Shown here piece after piece: positions 9,420 to 18,219 of a stretch of DNA of 64,000 nucleotides (its first letter is position 1; every line of letters starts with the position of its first letter). The stretch lies in the NCBI GenBank assembly GCA_009885805.1, contig VFJZ01000035.1, positions 10,107 through 74,106 on the forward strand, written 5' to 3'. This DNA comes from Actinomycetota bacterium. Its GTDB lineage: Bacteria; Actinomycetota; Thermoleophilia; Gaiellales; F1-60-MAGs149. The notes below the pieces were generated by a model. That model was not told the origin of the DNA, made no database searches, and saw only the letters and a list, made by a program, of their open reading frames with translations. A program made the position numbers and the translations under genes.

Positions 9420-9447
9420 GGCGGGCGGCTGAGGGGAGCCGCCCGCC
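9420..9447 (+). terminator. GC-rich stem-loop (10-bp perfect stem, 8-nt loop) between the HD-GYP gene and the ABC exporter
   Basis: ggcgggcggc tgagggga gccgcccgcc; no U-tract, so its role as terminator versus leader structure is undecided. Confidence 0.3.
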
Positions 9448-9473
9448 AACCCCTACCGGTAGGCTGCCTCGCC

Positions 9474-11234
9474 GTGCGCGACGTCAACCCTCCGGACCTC
9501 GCGTTCCGCCCGACGATCCCCCGTCTCGCGGTCCTGTGGAAGGAACAGCGGCGCTTCGTCGTACTCGCCATCGGCTGCGCGTTCGCGGTGACGGCACTGA
9601 CGATCGGTATCAGTCGCCTGATCCAGGCCGTCGTCGACAACGCGATCGTCCCCGGCGATCCGGGTGAGGCACCGGCCCTGGTCGCGCTGATCGTCGCCGC
9701 CGCCGTCGCCCGCTTCGGCCTCAACTTCGCGCGGCGCTGGGCGACGAGCCAGATCGGCATCCGCGTCGAGGCGCGGCTCCGCGAACTGCTGTACGAGGCC
9801 TACCTGAGCTACCCGCGCCGCTTCTACGACCACCACTCGACCGGCCAGGTGCTGTCGCGCGCCACAAACGACCTCTACCCGATCCGCTACTTCATCGGCT
9901 GGGGCGTCGTCCAGACCATCCAGAGCGCGATGATGATCGTCGGCGTCGCAGTCGTGCTCGCGTTCGTCAACCCGCTGCTCGCCCTCCTCGCCGGCGTGGT
10001 GATGCCCCTGATCGCGCTCCTGACCTGGCGCTTCGCGCACCTCGTGATACCGATCTCCCGGCAGGCCCAGCAGAAGGTCGCGGACGTCACCGAGGCGGCC
10101 GACGAGGGCGTTGTCGGCATCGAGATGGTGCAGGCGTTCGGGCGCGAGCCCGACGTCCAGGGCCGCTTCGGGTCGAAGGCCGCGGCCGTCCGCGACGTCG
10201 TCCTGCGCCAGGCCGGCGTCGAGGCGCGGTATCTGCCCGGCCTCGTCTTCCTACCGAGCATGGCGATCGCGCTCGTGCTCGGAGTCGGTGGTCACCTCGT
10301 CATCTCCGGCGACCTGTCGCTGGGCGAGTTCGTTCTCTTCAACACGCTGCTGCTGCAGCTCGTCTGGCCGCTGGAGGCGCTCGGCTGGATCGTCAACCTG
10401 GCGCAGCGCGCCGTCGCCTCGGCGGGACGCGCCTTCGCCTGGCTCGACGGCGTCGACGCGCTGGCGGAACCCGAGAACCCGGCAGCGCTGCCGACAGGGC
10501 CGCTGTCGGTCCGGTACACCGACGTTCGGTTCGCGTACGAGGAGACCGACGCGGTCCTGCGTGGCCTCGATCTGGACATCGCGGCCGGCGAGATCGTGGC
10601 CGTCTGCGGGGCGACCGGCGCCGGCAAGACGACGCTGCTGGCACTGCTGCCGCGTTTCTACGACGCCGACGGCGGCACGGTCGCGATCGGCGGCGTCGAC
10701 GTCTGCGCAGTCGCACTCCGCGACCTGCGCCGGACCGTCGGCGTCGTCACGCAGCGGGCCGTGCTCTTCTCCGCCACGCTGCGCGAGAACCTGCAGACCG
10801 GCCGCGACGCGGCAGCCGACGCGGAGATCGCCGCCGCCTGCGCGGCGGCCGGCGTCGACACCTTCGCGGACGACTTGCCGGATCGCTACGAGACGATGAT
10901 CGGCGAGCGAGGCATCAACCTCTCCGGTGGCCAGCGGCAGCGCGTCGCGCTCGCGCGCGCCCTCCTGACCGGCGCTCGCGTGCTCGTCCTCGACGATCCG
11001 TTGTCGGCAGTCGACACCGAGACCGAGCGCGATCTCGTCGCCCGCCTGCGACCCGCCGTCGCCGGGCGGACGGTCCTGATCGCGACCCAGCGCCTGTCGA
11101 CCGTACGGGCGGCGGACCGAGCGGTCGTGATCGAGGGCGGCGTCGTCGTCGAACAGGGTCTCCCGGCGGCGCTGCTCGACGCCGGCGGCCCGTTTGCCCG
11201 CCTCTTCGCCGACGAAGCGACCGCCGTTGCGTAG
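9474..11234 (+). CDS. ABC exporter fused permease/ATPase, subunit 1 of a heterodimer (degenerate catalytic residues)
   Basis: 6-TM exporter domain + NBD; Walker A GATGAGKTT, LSGGQRQRV, Walker B VLVLDDP (Asp where the catalytic Glu is expected), H-loop LIATQRL (Gln for His). Confidence 0.85.
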   Translation: MRDVNPPDLAFRPTIPRLAVLWKEQRRFVVLAIGCAFAVTALTIGISRLIQAVVDNAIVPGDPGEAPALVALIVAAAVARFGLNFARRWATSQIGIRVEARLRELLYEAYLSYPRRFYDHHSTGQVLSRATNDLYPIRYFIGWGVVQTIQSAMMIVGVAVVLAFVNPLLALLAGVVMPLIALLTWRFAHLVIPISRQAQQKVADVTEAADEGVVGIEMVQAFGREPDVQGRFGSKAAAVRDVVLRQAGVEARYLPGLVFLPSMAIALVLGVGGHLVISGDLSLGEFVLFNTLLLQLVWPLEALGWIVNLAQRAVASAGRAFAWLDGVDALAEPENPAALPTGPLSVRYTDVRFAYEETDAVLRGLDLDIAAGEIVAVCGATGAGKTTLLALLPRFYDADGGTVAIGGVDVCAVALRDLRRTVGVVTQRAVLFSATLRENLQTGRDAAADAEIAAACAAAGVDTFADDLPDRYETMIGERGINLSGGQRQRVALARALLTGARVLVLDDPLSAVDTETERDLVARLRPAVAGRTVLIATQRLSTVRAADRAVVIEGGVVVEQGLPAALLDAGGPFARLFADEATAVA

Positions 11235-12981
11235 GGCCGCGACCTCCCCGCGGCAGGGCCTCCTGCGCCTCACCGCGTACGTGACGACGCCACGGCGGCA
11301 GTTGCTGCTGCTGTTCGCGGCGGCCGGTCTGACCGCGGCGGCGCAGGCGGGGGGTTGGCTACTCGTCCGCGACGCGGTCGACAACGGTATGAGCGCCGGC
11401 GACGAGAGCCGGCTGTGGCTCGACGTCGCCGCCTACGTCGCCATCAACGCCTTCGCCTGGACGCTCGGCTCGTACGTCGTCCGCGGTCTGGCCGCCGTCG
11501 GTCAGGGGATCGTGCTGGCGCTCCGCCGTCACCTGTTCGACCACCTCACGACGCTGTCGCTGCGGTACTACTCGCAGACGAAGGCCGGCTGGATCATCGC
11601 CCGCCTGACGAGCGACATCGACGCGCTGCAGGATGTCCTCGGCGAAGGTCTGAAGACGCTGATCGCGAACGTGCTGACGTTCGCGGTCGCGATCGCGGCG
11701 CTGTTCGCCGTCGACTGGCGCCTGGCACTCGTGGCGCTGACGATCATGCCGCCGGCGCTGATCCTCACCCGCTGGTTCCAGCTGCGCTCCTCCGCGGCCT
11801 TCGGCGATGTGCGCAACCGCATCGCCGCGGTCACCGCGCAGATGGCCGAGTCCCTCGCCGGGATGGCCGTCATCCAGGCCTTCGGTCGTGAGCCCGCTTT
11901 CCGCGCCGCCTTCGACGATCTGAATGACGCGAACCGGCGCTCGAACTTCCGGGCGCAGACGATCTGGTCCGTCTACTTCCCCGCGGTCGAACTGCTCGGC
12001 GTCATCTCGACGGCGGCGGTCCTGTGGGTGGGGGCCTCGCTCGTCGCCGACGGCACGGCGACGCTCGGCACGGTGATCGCCTTCATCGGCCTACTCGGAC
12101 TGCTCTTCCAGCCGCTCCAGGAGCTGTCGGAGCTGTACGGCCAGGTGCAGTCGGCCGCCGCAGCGATGGTCAAGATCAGCGGCATCCTCGACACGGAGGC
12201 CGACATCGCGTCACGGCCCGGGGCGCCGGCGATCGGCCGCATCGACGGACGCCTCGACCTCGAGCGGGTGACGTTCGCGTACGGCGCCGATCCCGTCCTG
12301 CACGGCGTCGACATCCACGTGCCGGCTGGCGCCTGCCTCGCCCTCGTCGGAGCGTCCGGCGGCGGCAAGTCGACCACCGCCAAACTGATCGCGCGCTTCT
12401 ACGACCCGACCGATGGCACCGTGCGCGTCGACGGCCACGACCTCCGCGAGATCTCGCTGGCCAGCTACCGCCGCCAGTTGGGCGTCGTGCTGCAGGACCC
12501 GTTCCTGTTCTCCGGCACGATCGCCGACAACATCCGCTTCGCCCGGCCGGAGGCGACCGACGACGAGGTCGCGGCCGTCGCGGCGGCGATCGGCGTCGAC
12601 CTGGTCGCGGCAAGGCTGAGCGGCGGCCTCGCACACGAGGTACACGAGGGGGGCTCGGGCCTCTCCGCCGGCGAGCGGCAGCTGATCTCGATCGCACGCG
12701 CGCTGCTCGCCGACCCGCGCATCCTCATCCTCGACGAGGCGACCTCAAACATCGACCGGCCGACCGAGCTCCTGATCGAGGGAGCGCTCGACCGCCTGCT
12801 GGCCGGACGCACGTCGTTGATCATCGCCCACCGCCTGTCGACCGTCCGCAGGGCCGACCAGATCCTCGTTCTCGACCACGGCCGGATCGTCGAGCGTGGC
12901 ACGTACGCCGCGCTGATGGCGACCGACGGGCCGTTCAGACACCTGGCCACGGAGCTCGCCGGTACCATCCACAGACCATGA
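11194..12981 (+). CDS. ABC exporter fused permease/ATPase, subunit 2 of the heterodimer (canonical catalytic residues, deviant signature)
   Basis: Walker A GASGGGKST, signature LSAGERQ, Walker B ILILDEAT, H-loop IIAHRL; start uncertain (ATG 11194 overlaps the upstream gene by 41 nt). Confidence 0.85.
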   Translation: MPASSPTKRPPLRRAATSPRQGLLRLTAYVTTPRRQLLLLFAAAGLTAAAQAGGWLLVRDAVDNGMSAGDESRLWLDVAAYVAINAFAWTLGSYVVRGLAAVGQGIVLALRRHLFDHLTTLSLRYYSQTKAGWIIARLTSDIDALQDVLGEGLKTLIANVLTFAVAIAALFAVDWRLALVALTIMPPALILTRWFQLRSSAAFGDVRNRIAAVTAQMAESLAGMAVIQAFGREPAFRAAFDDLNDANRRSNFRAQTIWSVYFPAVELLGVISTAAVLWVGASLVADGTATLGTVIAFIGLLGLLFQPLQELSELYGQVQSAAAAMVKISGILDTEADIASRPGAPAIGRIDGRLDLERVTFAYGADPVLHGVDIHVPAGACLALVGASGGGKSTTAKLIARFYDPTDGTVRVDGHDLREISLASYRRQLGVVLQDPFLFSGTIADNIRFARPEATDDEVAAVAAAIGVDLVAARLSGGLAHEVHEGGSGLSAGERQLISIARALLADPRILILDEATSNIDRPTELLIEGALDRLLAGRTSLIIAHRLSTVRRADQILVLDHGRIVERGTYAALMATDGPFRHLATELAGTIHRP

Positions 12982-13502
12982 GTGATTTCCACCGCCTTCT
13001 GAACGAGCAGATCGGCCACGAGTTCTCGGCCTCCCAGCAGTACGTCGCGATCGCGGTCTGGTTCGATCAGCAGACGCTGCCGCGACTCGCCGCGCACTTC
13101 TACGCGCAGGCGCTCGAGGAGCGGAACCACGCGATGATGATCGTCCAGTTCCTGATGGACACGGATCGCGAGGTGACGGTGGCGGGTATCGACGCGCCGA
13201 GGACGCGGTTCGGTTCGGTCGCCGAGCCGGTCGCGATCGCGCTCGATCAGGAGAAGCGCGTCACGGCGCAGATCAACGCCATCACCGCCGCCGCCAGGGA
13301 CGAGGCCGACTTCCAGGGCGAGCAGTTCCTCCAGTGGTTCCTCAAGGAGCAGGTCGAGGAGGTCGCCTCGATGAGCGACCTGTTGCGGGTGTGCGAGCGG
13401 GCGGCGGGGAACGAACTGCAGGTCGAGGACTACCTCGCACGGGAAGCCGCAGCGGCAGCGGCGGACCCGACAGCTCCCGCCGCGGCCGGCGGCGCCATCT
13501 GA
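12978..13502 (+). CDS. bfrB: Ferritin (non-haem, BfrB-type)
   Basis: ATG 12978 overlaps the ABC stop (ATGA); EFSASQQYVAIAVWFD...HFYAQALEERNHAMMIVQFL...GEQFLQWFLKEQVEEV closely follows mycobacterial BfrB as I recall it. Confidence 0.9.
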   Translation: MSDFHRLLNEQIGHEFSASQQYVAIAVWFDQQTLPRLAAHFYAQALEERNHAMMIVQFLMDTDREVTVAGIDAPRTRFGSVAEPVAIALDQEKRVTAQINAITAAARDEADFQGEQFLQWFLKEQVEEVASMSDLLRVCERAAGNELQVEDYLAREAAAAAADPTAPAAAGGAI

Positions 13503-13548
13503 CCAGATTTGGTCAAGTTGACTGAACTGCAAACTGACACTCACTACG

Positions 13549-15267
13549 GTGAGTACACGGCTCGCGTCGCTCGGTGCTGCGCTCGTAGGTCTTGCGGGCC
13601 TTCTCCTGCTGCCCCCCGCCCTCGCGGTGCCGGGCGCCCCGACCGCGCTGACGGCGCCGACGCCGACCAACGTCAAGCCCGTCCTGGCCTGGACCGCGCC
13701 CGCTAGCGTCGGCGCCGGCATCGCCGGCTACAACGTGTATCGCGACGCGACGAAGCTGACGGCGACGCCGATCGTCACGACGACGTCTACGGACAACGGC
13801 GCGACGGCGCGACGGCCAACCTTACGCACACCCACACGGTCCGGGCCGTCGAGACGGGCACGGCTCTCGAAGGTCCCGCGTCGACGGCATTCGCGGTCGC
13901 CTACGACACGACGGTGCCGACGACGCCAACCGGCGCCGGCGCTGACGTGGCTGTCGGGCGGTACCGACAACCTCTCCGGGTTCGCCCGCTACGACATCTA
14001 CCGCGACTCGGTGATGGTCGCCTCCACGACGACCCCGGCCTTCATCGACACGACGCTCGCGAGCCAGGGCGCTCACCAGTACACGGTCCGGTCGATCGAC
14101 GCAGCCGGCAACACCTCCGCCCACTCGACGACGTTGACACTCGTCTACGACTCCTCGCCGCCGCAGGCGCCGACGGGTGTGACCGTGCCGACGCCAACGA
14201 ACCTCCCACACTTGAGCTGGGATGCCGGGCAGGACGACGACACCGGCGCCTCCGGGCTCGCGAACTACCGTGTCTACCGCGACGGCATCCTCGTCGGCAC
14301 CGCCGTCGGGACGAGCTTCGACGACTCGTCGGTCCAGGCGAACGGCTCCTACGGGTACGCCGTGACGGCGGTCGACAGGGCCGGCGACGAGAGCCTGGCG
14401 TCCCGCACGAGCATCGTCCGCTTCGACGGCACCGCGCCACTGACGCCGACCGATCCGAACGGGGCGTCGCCGACGCGGCTGCCGACGTTCGCCTGGTCGC
14501 CCGCGAACGACCAGGCGACGGGTGGCTCGTCGATCGCCGGCTACCGCGTCTACCGTAACGGCAGCTTCATCGGCGAGACGACCGGCACGGGTTTCACCGA
14601 CGGGAGCGTCGGTGGCTCGGGCCACCTCATAGACACGGTGCGCGCGCTCGACGCCGCCGGCAACCTCTCGCCCACGTCACCGCCGCTCGATCTCGTCGTC
14701 GACCTGGACGGACCGCAGCTCGACAACGTCACGTTCCCGGCCCAGCGCCCCGTCGCCACCAACGTCGAGTTCCAGGTCGCTCCCCACGACGCCCTCACGG
14801 ACGTCGCGGGCGAGGCGACCTGGGACTTCGGCGACGGCTTCGCGACCGGCAACCGGGTGTCGCACGCGTTCGCGGCGCCAGGCACCTACACGATCACGGT
14901 CAAGGCGACCGACCTGCTCGGCAACGCCACGATCATCGCGAACCGCGCGATCACGATCGTCACGCCGGCCGGCGGCATCCCGCCGACGGTCTTGAAGCTG
15001 AAGCCGATCAAGAACCTAGCGCTGCGCGTGTTGAAGCGGACCAAGGTCGTCACCGTCTCGGTCTACAGCGACGTACCGACATCGCTGGAGTTCATTTTCG
15101 AGCGGGGCGGCGTGGTCATCGTGAGCCGCGTCAAGAAGGTCCCGTCGGGCTCGTCGCGCGTGAACGTGCAGTTCCCGAAGAGCGCGCTGCGGAAGGGGAA
15201 GTTCCGGCTCACGATCCGGGCGACGAACGCCGACCTCGAAGCGGCGCGCTCGTTCAGCGTGCGATGA
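13549..15267 (+). CDS. Secreted protein with four FN3-like repeats and a PKD domain; first repeat carries a compensated frameshift
   Basis: Signal peptide LVGLAGLLLLPPALA; repeats with Y[NR]VYRD...TVR.[IV]D.AGN...PTG; PKD motif WDFGDG...HAFAAPGTYTITVKATD. Confidence 0.8.
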   Translation: MSTRLASLGAALVGLAGLLLLPPALAVPGAPTALTAPTPTNVKPVLAWTAPASVGAGIAGYNVYRDATKLTATPIVTTTSTDNGATARRPTLRTPTRSGPSRRARLSKVPRRRHSRSPTTRRCRRRQPAPALTWLSGGTDNLSGFARYDIYRDSVMVASTTTPAFIDTTLASQGAHQYTVRSIDAAGNTSAHSTTLTLVYDSSPPQAPTGVTVPTPTNLPHLSWDAGQDDDTGASGLANYRVYRDGILVGTAVGTSFDDSSVQANGSYGYAVTAVDRAGDESLASRTSIVRFDGTAPLTPTDPNGASPTRLPTFAWSPANDQATGGSSIAGYRVYRNGSFIGETTGTGFTDGSVGGSGHLIDTVRALDAAGNLSPTSPPLDLVVDLDGPQLDNVTFPAQRPVATNVEFQVAPHDALTDVAGEATWDFGDGFATGNRVSHAFAAPGTYTITVKATDLLGNATIIANRAITIVTPAGGIPPTVLKLKPIKNLALRVLKRTKVVTVSVYSDVPTSLEFIFERGGVVIVSRVKKVPSGSSRVNVQFPKSALRKGKFRLTIRATNADLEAARSFSVR

Positions 15268-15277
15268 TGCCCGGGCC

Positions 15278-16282
15278 ATGCGGGCCCGCGACCACGGCAT
15301 CGTCATCGGTCGCGTCCCGCCCGGCGCCGCGAACGCGATCACCGACGTCGCGGGCGTCCTCGTCGGACACGCCTCGCCTGCGCCGGAGCAGACCGGCGTC
15401 ACCGTCGTCGTGCCGCGGGCGGACGCCTGGCTCGAGCCGGCACCGGCCGGCACCGCGGTCCTGAACGGTGCCGGCGAGCTGACCGGATCGCTCCAGATCC
15501 GGGAGTGGGGCTGCATCGAGACACCCATCTTCCTGACGGGCACGCCGTACGTCGGCGCCGTCTACGAGGCCGCGACCCGTGTCCTGACCGAACGGCAACC
15601 GCTGATCGGGGTTGACGACGTCATCATCCCCGTCGTCGGCGAGTGCGACCCTTCAGCCGTCGTCGACGTCGTCGGCGGTGCGCGCCCGGATGTCGCACTG
15701 GTGGCCGCTGCGCTCGACGGTGCGCGCAGCGGGACGGTTGCGGAGGGGCAGGTCGGCGCCGGTATCGGCATGCACTGCTGCGACTTCGCTGGCGGCATCG
15801 GCACCGCCTCACGACTGGTCGGTGGGTACACGGTCGGGGTACTGCTCCTCGTCAACTTCGGTGACTGGGAGGAACTTCGGATCGGCGGTCGGCTCGCCGG
15901 AGTTCCCGCTCCGACTCGCGGCGTCGACGGATCGTGCATCGCCGTGGTGGCAACCGACGCACCGCTCGTGGCGAGCGACCTCGAACGCCTCGCCCGGCGC
16001 GCCTTTCTCGGCCTGGCACGCGCCGGCAGCTACGCCTCGCACGGATCGGGGGAGATCGCCGTGGCGTTCACGACCGCCAACGCCGCCCTCCATGCGCGAG
16101 CGACGGAGCACCCGGTCGTCCAGATCGGAGTCCTGCGCGACCCCGCGGCGCTCTCCGCCCTGTTCGCCGGCTGCGTGGAGGCGGCCGAGGAGGCGGTCCT
16201 CAACGCGCTCCTCGGTGCGCGCACGCTGCACGGCGCGCGCGGCACGGCCCACGCCTTCCCGGCCGATCGGCTTTCTCAGTAG
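15278..16282 (+). CDS. P1/S58 family peptidase (DmpA-like aminopeptidase)
   Basis: N-terminus GIVIGRVPPGAANAITDVAGVLVGH and CIAVVATDAPL are typical of the DmpA/P1 family. Confidence 0.8.
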   Translation: MRARDHGIVIGRVPPGAANAITDVAGVLVGHASPAPEQTGVTVVVPRADAWLEPAPAGTAVLNGAGELTGSLQIREWGCIETPIFLTGTPYVGAVYEAATRVLTERQPLIGVDDVIIPVVGECDPSAVVDVVGGARPDVALVAAALDGARSGTVAEGQVGAGIGMHCCDFAGGIGTASRLVGGYTVGVLLLVNFGDWEELRIGGRLAGVPAPTRGVDGSCIAVVATDAPLVASDLERLARRAFLGLARAGSYASHGSGEIAVAFTTANAALHARATEHPVVQIGVLRDPAALSALFAGCVEAAEEAVLNALLGARTLHGARGTAHAFPADRLSQ

Positions 16283-16466
16283 TCGGCGTGGCCGTGGTCG
16301 CGCCCGCAGTGCGGGCAGACCGCAGCCGTCACCGGGTGGTCGTCGGCGAAACCGACGACCACGAGGGCCGGGCGATGACGCCGGAGCAGATGGCACAGGA
16401 GCCTGCGCATGCAGGACCCTTATCGGGCGAATGGCGTCGCAACGTAAGTGCCGCGTGGCCCATCCG

Positions 16467-17126
16467 TCAGCCGAGGCCATGTGTGCGGGGCAGGTCCGAG
16501 CAGATACCGTCGACGCCTGCCGCGGCGAGCCGGGCGACCTCGCGCGGGTCGTCGACCGTCCACGACCACACATCGGCGCCGGCTGCGTGGGCGACGCGGA
16601 CGAGGCGACGGTCGACCAGGCGGTGGTGCACCGTCACGAGGTCGGCATCGTGGGCCGCCAGCAGGCGTGGGATCGCCGCCGTCAACCGCCGGCGCGCGAG
16701 CGGCACGCCGGCGCGCTGCACGAGACGTGGGAGGCCGGAGCCACGCCGGGGCAGCGTCAGGCCGATCCGGATCCCGCGCTCCGCCGCGTGAATCCGGGCG
16801 AGCGCGGCCCAGGCTCCCCCGGTGCAGGTGACCCGTCCGAGCATCCCACTGATCGTGATCGCCTCGACGATCGCCGACGCGGTCTCTCCCTGCTTGACGT
16901 CCAGGTTGACGCCGGCCGGCGAGGCGCGGATGAGTTCAAGCGCATCGGTCAGAAGCGGGACGCCGGGCCGATCGCCACTGTCGTGGTGCAGTACGAGAGC
17001 GCCGTCGCGCCGCCGGCGGACGTCGACCTCGACGAGGTCGCAGCCGAGCGCGAGCGCGCGCTCGATGGCCTCGAGCGAGTTCTCTGCGCCGACGCCGGCG
17101 TACGCGCGGTGGGCGATGCGAAGCAA
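16467..17126 (-). CDS. Glycerophosphodiester phosphodiesterase family protein
   Basis: RIAHRAYAG..ENSLEAIERALALGCDLVEVDVRRRRDGALVLHHD; track ORF runs into the tRNA, so the start was moved to TTG 17126 abutting the tRNA (uncertain). Confidence 0.75.
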   Translation of the reverse strand: MLRIAHRAYAGVGAENSLEAIERALALGCDLVEVDVRRRRDGALVLHHDSGDRPGVPLLTDALELIRASPAGVNLDVKQGETASAIVEAITISGMLGRVTCTGGAWAALARIHAAERGIRIGLTLPRRGSGLPRLVQRAGVPLARRRLTAAIPRLLAAHDADLVTVHHRLVDRRLVRVAHAAGADVWSWTVDDPREVARLAAAGVDGICSDLPRTHGLG

Positions 17127-17216
17127 CGGAGAAGGCGGGATTCGAACCCGCGATGGAGGTCGACCCCCCATACCCACTTAGCAGGCGGGCGCCTTCAGCC
17201 ACTCGGCCACTTCTCC
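17127..17216 (-). tRNA. tRNA-Ser (anticodon GCT)
   Basis: Reverse complement folds as GGAGAAG acceptor, D-arm GCCGAGTGG, anticodon loop CTGCTAA, long variable arm, GGTTCGAATCC T-arm. Confidence 0.9.
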
Positions 17217-17257
17217 GCGGGTGCACCAACTCTACCAGTCAGCTACGTTGGGCCGAG

Positions 17258-18157
17258 ATGCCCAGCGCCACCGAAACGAGCGCCAGCAAGCGAGGCGCAG
17301 CCTGGCTGTCAGTCGTCGCGAACGCCGGCGCGGTCGTCGTGAAGCTGGCGACAGCCGCGATCACCGGCTCGTCGGCGATCCTCTCCGAGGCCGCCCACTC
17401 GGCGGGTGACCTGTCGGCGTCGGTGATCGCACTGGTATCGGTGCGGGCCGCGGACCGCCCGGCCGACTCCGGGCACCCGTTCGGGCACGAGAAGATCGAG
17501 CATGTCTCAGGCGTCGTCGAAGGGGCGTTGATCGTCGCAGCTGCGAGCGCGGTCGCCGTCCTCGCGCTGACGCACCTCGGCGAGCCGGTCGAGCACTATC
17601 GAATCGGCATCGCCGTCATGCTCGGCGGCGCCGCCGTCAACGTCGTCGTCGCTCGCCGCGTGCGACGGATCGCACGAGAGACGCATTCGGCCGCCCTCGA
17701 GGCCGATGCCGCCCATCTCTCGGCCGACGTCGTCACGTCGCTCGGTGCCGCTGCCGCGCTCGTCCTCGTCGAGCTGACGGCGATTGCCGAGCTCGACGGC
17801 CTGATCGCCTGCGGTATCGCCCTCCTCGTCGCTCGCACCGGCATCCGCCTCGTCGTGCAGGGCACCAGGGTGCTGGTGGACGTGGCGATCCCTGACGACG
17901 AGGTCGCCACGATCCACGCCGTCCTCGAAGGCGCCGACGGTGTCACGGGCTGGCACCGGCTGCGGGCGCGGCGGGCCGGCTCGATCCGGCACATCGACGT
18001 GCACGTCCTCGTCGACCCGGGGATGTCGGTAGCGCGTGCCCACCAGATAACCGACACCATCGAGGCGGAACTCGAGGAGCGCCTCGGCGGCGCTGACGTC
18101 GTCATCCACATCGAACCCGCGACGAGCGTCCCCGAAGAGGACTCCTCGCTCCTATAA
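17258..18157 (+). CDS. Cation diffusion facilitator (CDF) family transporter
   Basis: ATG 17258 chosen downstream of the tRNA; EAAHSAGDL and HPFGHEKIE motifs, C-terminal cytoplasmic domain HRLRARRAGSIRHIDVHV. Confidence 0.85.
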   Translation: MPSATETSASKRGAAWLSVVANAGAVVVKLATAAITGSSAILSEAAHSAGDLSASVIALVSVRAADRPADSGHPFGHEKIEHVSGVVEGALIVAAASAVAVLALTHLGEPVEHYRIGIAVMLGGAAVNVVVARRVRRIARETHSAALEADAAHLSADVVTSLGAAAALVLVELTAIAELDGLIACGIALLVARTGIRLVVQGTRVLVDVAIPDDEVATIHAVLEGADGVTGWHRLRARRAGSIRHIDVHVLVDPGMSVARAHQITDTIEAELEERLGGADVVIHIEPATSVPEEDSSLL

Positions 18158-18219
18158 ACCCCCGGGTCGTTGTTGCCGATGTCCTGCGCGTCCAGACGGC
18201 GAACCCCGGAGGAGTACCC

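Noticed and set aside
13500-13515. Short palindromes TGACCAGATTTGGTCA (13500..13515) and CCTACCGGTAGG (9452..9463) as operator sites.
   Set aside because: Inverted repeats with 6-bp arms are expected about a dozen times by chance in 64 kb. There is no second copy and no adjacent regulator gene to support a call.
16467-17177. Full-length ATG-started versions of the GDPD ORF (to 17177), the GH3 ORF (to 24666) and the CDF ORF (from 17153).
   Set aside because: The extensions run through tRNA-Ser(GCT) or tRNA-Val(CAC) on the opposite or same strand and encode non-homologous sequence. The starts were moved to the first plausible codon outside the tRNAs.
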